64,000 bases of DNA from Paraspadella gotoi. Lineage: Eukaryota; Animalia; Chaetognatha. Positions 61,301 to 64,000 of the stretch are shown one piece after another. The first letter of the stretch is position 1; each line of letters starts with the position of its first letter. The position numbers and the translations under genes were made by a program. The DNA is taken from positions 14,563,694 through 14,627,693 of the forward strand of contig CM119267.1 of the NCBI GenBank assembly GCA_051294375.1. The letters run 5' to 3'. Under the pieces are notes generated by a model. The model worked only from the letters and a program-made list of their open reading frames with translations. It ran no database searches and was not told the DNA's origin.

Positions 61301-64000
61301 GTTTCTTAGTTTTTTACAGCGAATCCAAATCAGTTCTTAAAAATAAAAAAAAAATATTTTGAAATTTGACGATTTTATAAGGATATTACTACATAAATAA
61401 TTGAATTTGCTATACTGTTATGCTAAAAAAATTTTTAAAAAGATTTAAAATTTATTAATTATATGTCCATAGGCAGCAAAACAATAATGTTCAATCACTC
61501 AATCTTTTCATCACTCCACCCTACTGTCTAATCAATTTTTGTCATCAATTGCTACACTAATGACAAAAGTTAATTCGTGAAATAAGACTATCAAATGACA
61601 CAGTCAATGTCAATACGACAATATGCAAATAATATCGATGAGCTCCAACTCATTTTCGGTTGCATTAAAAGCTCATTCCTTATACAATACATCAAAGGAA
61701 CTAATTATATTTATACCCTTTTTTGTGATCAGGGCCGCGAATTCTATTCGGCTATGAGGCCCCACTTTCTCGGCCGCGCCGAGCAGTTTGTCCACGAGTT
61801 GGCTAATTTCGCCGCCTCGCCGCATGACTCGTTAATAACGTGGGACAAGAAGGTAAAGCATGAACGACGCCGCCCGCGTATCGAAGAGGCTGATGCCGCC
61901 TCCGATTCGTCATCTTCCTCCGACGAAGCCGATTCTATGCATCGGTTTAGAATCGACGACGACGACGACCACCACGAAGATGTTGTCGCGTTTACGCCGC
62001 CCAATATCACTGGCTTGGAGAGAACTCCGGACGAAAGGAGTAGGAAAGGTCGGTTGGGAAGACGTTGGTCACTCTTTGCTTTAAAAATGAAAAATTCAAA
62101 TAACATTCGTCGTGCGTAGATCGTAGAAGACGACATAAAACTGCTAGCCGACTTTCCGCCGTCGCCTCTTCATTCTCATCCTCCGCATCTCGCGAACCTC
62201 CGGCGCCCGGTCGAATTTCCACGGCGACGCCTTTAGTCATCGACGTCGCTGGGAGTGACGTGGTCGAAAGATCCGCTACTTCGCTGGTTTGTAATTGACA
62301 ATGAACAATTTTTAAATTTTATTATTGACGAGTCGTAAACATCCGTAACTTTACTTTTTAGTCTGGGTGGGAAACTCCGCTTTGGTTCCCTTCGTTCCCC
62401 ACGACGAGAATCACCCAACTTTCTCCATCCTTAGTTCCCTCTACGAGTAGCGGAGAAAATTTTGAACACAAGGTTGGTGTTATGGCTTAAAAGCATTGAG
62501 GACCAACTCATCAAATTAATAGTATTCTATGGCAACAGTCGGGTTACTTGTGATGCCCAGCTGGGTGGGGCTTCAGGCCCTCTGTGGCGATGCCTGCCAC
62601 TGAGGCAATTAGGACTGGATTAGTCGTTAGGACTGGAGATAGAACGCATGGCTCTGATGGTGCACATACTCCCGATGAGCCATAGGGATCGACTGAATGA
62701 AGGCTGAGGAGAGGCGGTGGTTATTCCGCAATAATTTTAATAAAATTAATTAGTGAATGTAAGATTTTTATTTCCTCGTCCTCATAACGTATGAGTCCCG
62801 AAATAATCCTTATGCTTCTATCTATTTTTTTTTTAGGAGAAGTCGCTACAAAATAACCCTATTACCCTTTCCCATTTTCTATTCCCCTCCCTTTTTTTAC
62901 TCCCTTGACAACAATTCATCTCTTCCCTCATCGATCGTCATTCACGCTGATCAGACGGACGCGGAATCCAGCCAATCTCTGTCCGACTGCGAAGTGGTGG
63001 GTTACGTCAAACCATTGTGCGAACGAACGCCGATCGAGGTGACTCTCTCTTCGGACGACATCGAATCGGATCACGACGCGGACGTGAAGCTCGAGTGTCG
63101 CAAGAAGCGGAGCAACTTGCAGAATTTAAAGCGGCGGCGGCGGCGGGGAACATCTCCCGCCGCGGAGAATGGGTTCAGTAGCGACGAACCGATGAGCCAA
63201 CGAGGATGGTCGACCGCGTCGTCGTCGTCGTCGTCGAAGTCCTCCCGCGTCGGAAGACGGCATCTCAGAGAGGAAAGACGGAATCCGAGCGCCCCCGGCT
63301 CAAACTCCTCCGATCTCGGAGGCTCAAGGACCAGCACCGATGAAGTGATCATTGGAGACAGCAGCGACGGAGAGGACGGCGATGTCGTCGTGGAGAACGA
63401 AAAAAGAGGCGACTCGCTGCCGTCGAATCCGGCCCCCTCGTCCGTTATCAAGGCGAAAGTCTGGAGCTTTTTGGAGGCTGCTAGGAAAGAGAGAGAGGAG
63501 GAGGATCGAGCTAAAGCAGGACAGAGAGACTCGCGAACGTGGGACGCCGACCAGGAGGATGATGGCCGGAAAAGTGGCGAGACCACGACAAAGAGAAATG
63601 GATCTCCTAAGCCCAAAGAAAAAGGAAAAGGAAAGGGAAAAGGAAAAGGGAAGGGTAAGAACTCGAAGGAAACTGATCCGACGACGGAATCTCCCGCCAC
63701 ATCAACGACTTCATCGACAACAGCATCCACGTCAGTTATCTCCTCTCAACCGTCTCCAGACCGAAACGAGTCGCGCCCTTCCAAGTCGTCCTCACCGACG
63801 AAACTTAGATCCGTCGTTTTGGCCGTCAATAAGGATGCAGCTATCAATCCCGGCTCTGCGATCGACGAGCGCGACAAAAGCGTCCAAGAATCATTATCTG
63901 CACCGCGGGAACGTAGCGGATCACGCCGTCGGAACAGTGCCACCCGCGACGCCGGCCGGAAGCGCGAACGATCTCATGGAGATAAAGACGAAAGTCGATG
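58317..64000 (+). CDS. TOPORS: TOPORS-like RING E3 ligase (multi-exon; continues past the window)
   Basis: RING CVICL..CFHQFCYVCILEWSKVKAECPLCKQ, NPACVHRLVPWLNREL, FVHELANFAASP, DCEVVGYVKP..ERTP. Confidence 0.88.
59916..60638. mobile_element. Tc1/mariner-type MITE (uninterrupted copy)
   Basis: Same TIRs as 20941-22612, TA flanks. Confidence 0.85.
60644..60744 (+). repeat. 5'-truncated family D twister repeat
   Basis: ATGGAGGCCTTAAACCACCAAAGCCTGTCCAAAGTCAGGGGCAAGATAGC. Confidence 0.75.
60913..61526. mobile_element. MITE, inverted copy of 16070-16701
   Basis: Long reverse-complement match. Confidence 0.75.
62528..62730 (-). mobile_element. Diverged solo LTR related to family A, with a twister remnant
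   Basis: TATGGCAACAGTCGGGTT..GAGGCGGTGGTTATTCCGCA collinear with family A; remnant GGG CCTGAAGC CCC. Confidence 0.65.

Noticed and set aside
2685-63943. Many minus-strand ORFs in the ORF track
   Set aside because: Antisense shadows of GC-rich plus-strand exons, with no recognisable domains.

Overview
AT-rich, gene-dense, intron-containing animal DNA. About 26 housekeeping genes (mTERF-like, CENPJ, FIGNL1, NDUFS6, tetraspanin, DCAKD, SERHL, TRAPPC1, PGS1, TOMM6, SLCO, IFT52, RIOK1, TIGAR-like, ZSWIM7, TUBE1, TMEM242, NDUFAF4, ALAD, DCP1, GTSF1-like, MRPL57, RALGPS, hnRNP A/B, TOPORS) all lie on the + strand. Many are only 11-150 bp apart and are preceded by unpaired 3' splice acceptors, which suggests trans-spliced operons. 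The main discovery is in the introns and spacers: four unrelated or distantly related non-coding repeat families each carry a circularly permuted (type-P5) twister-ribozyme fold, with compensatory base changes across families. Three families are LTR/TRIM-like: two complete TRIMs with PBS and 4-bp TSD, solo LTRs, and tRNA-like Pol III heads. The fourth is a ~323-bp tandem repeat. In every family the P1 element is a loopless palindrome, which suggests dimer-dependent cleavage and circular RNA intermediates ('twister retrozymes'). A minimal hammerhead, MITEs, Helentron-like elements and a DIRS-derived element are also present. All calls were made by eye; no searches were run.
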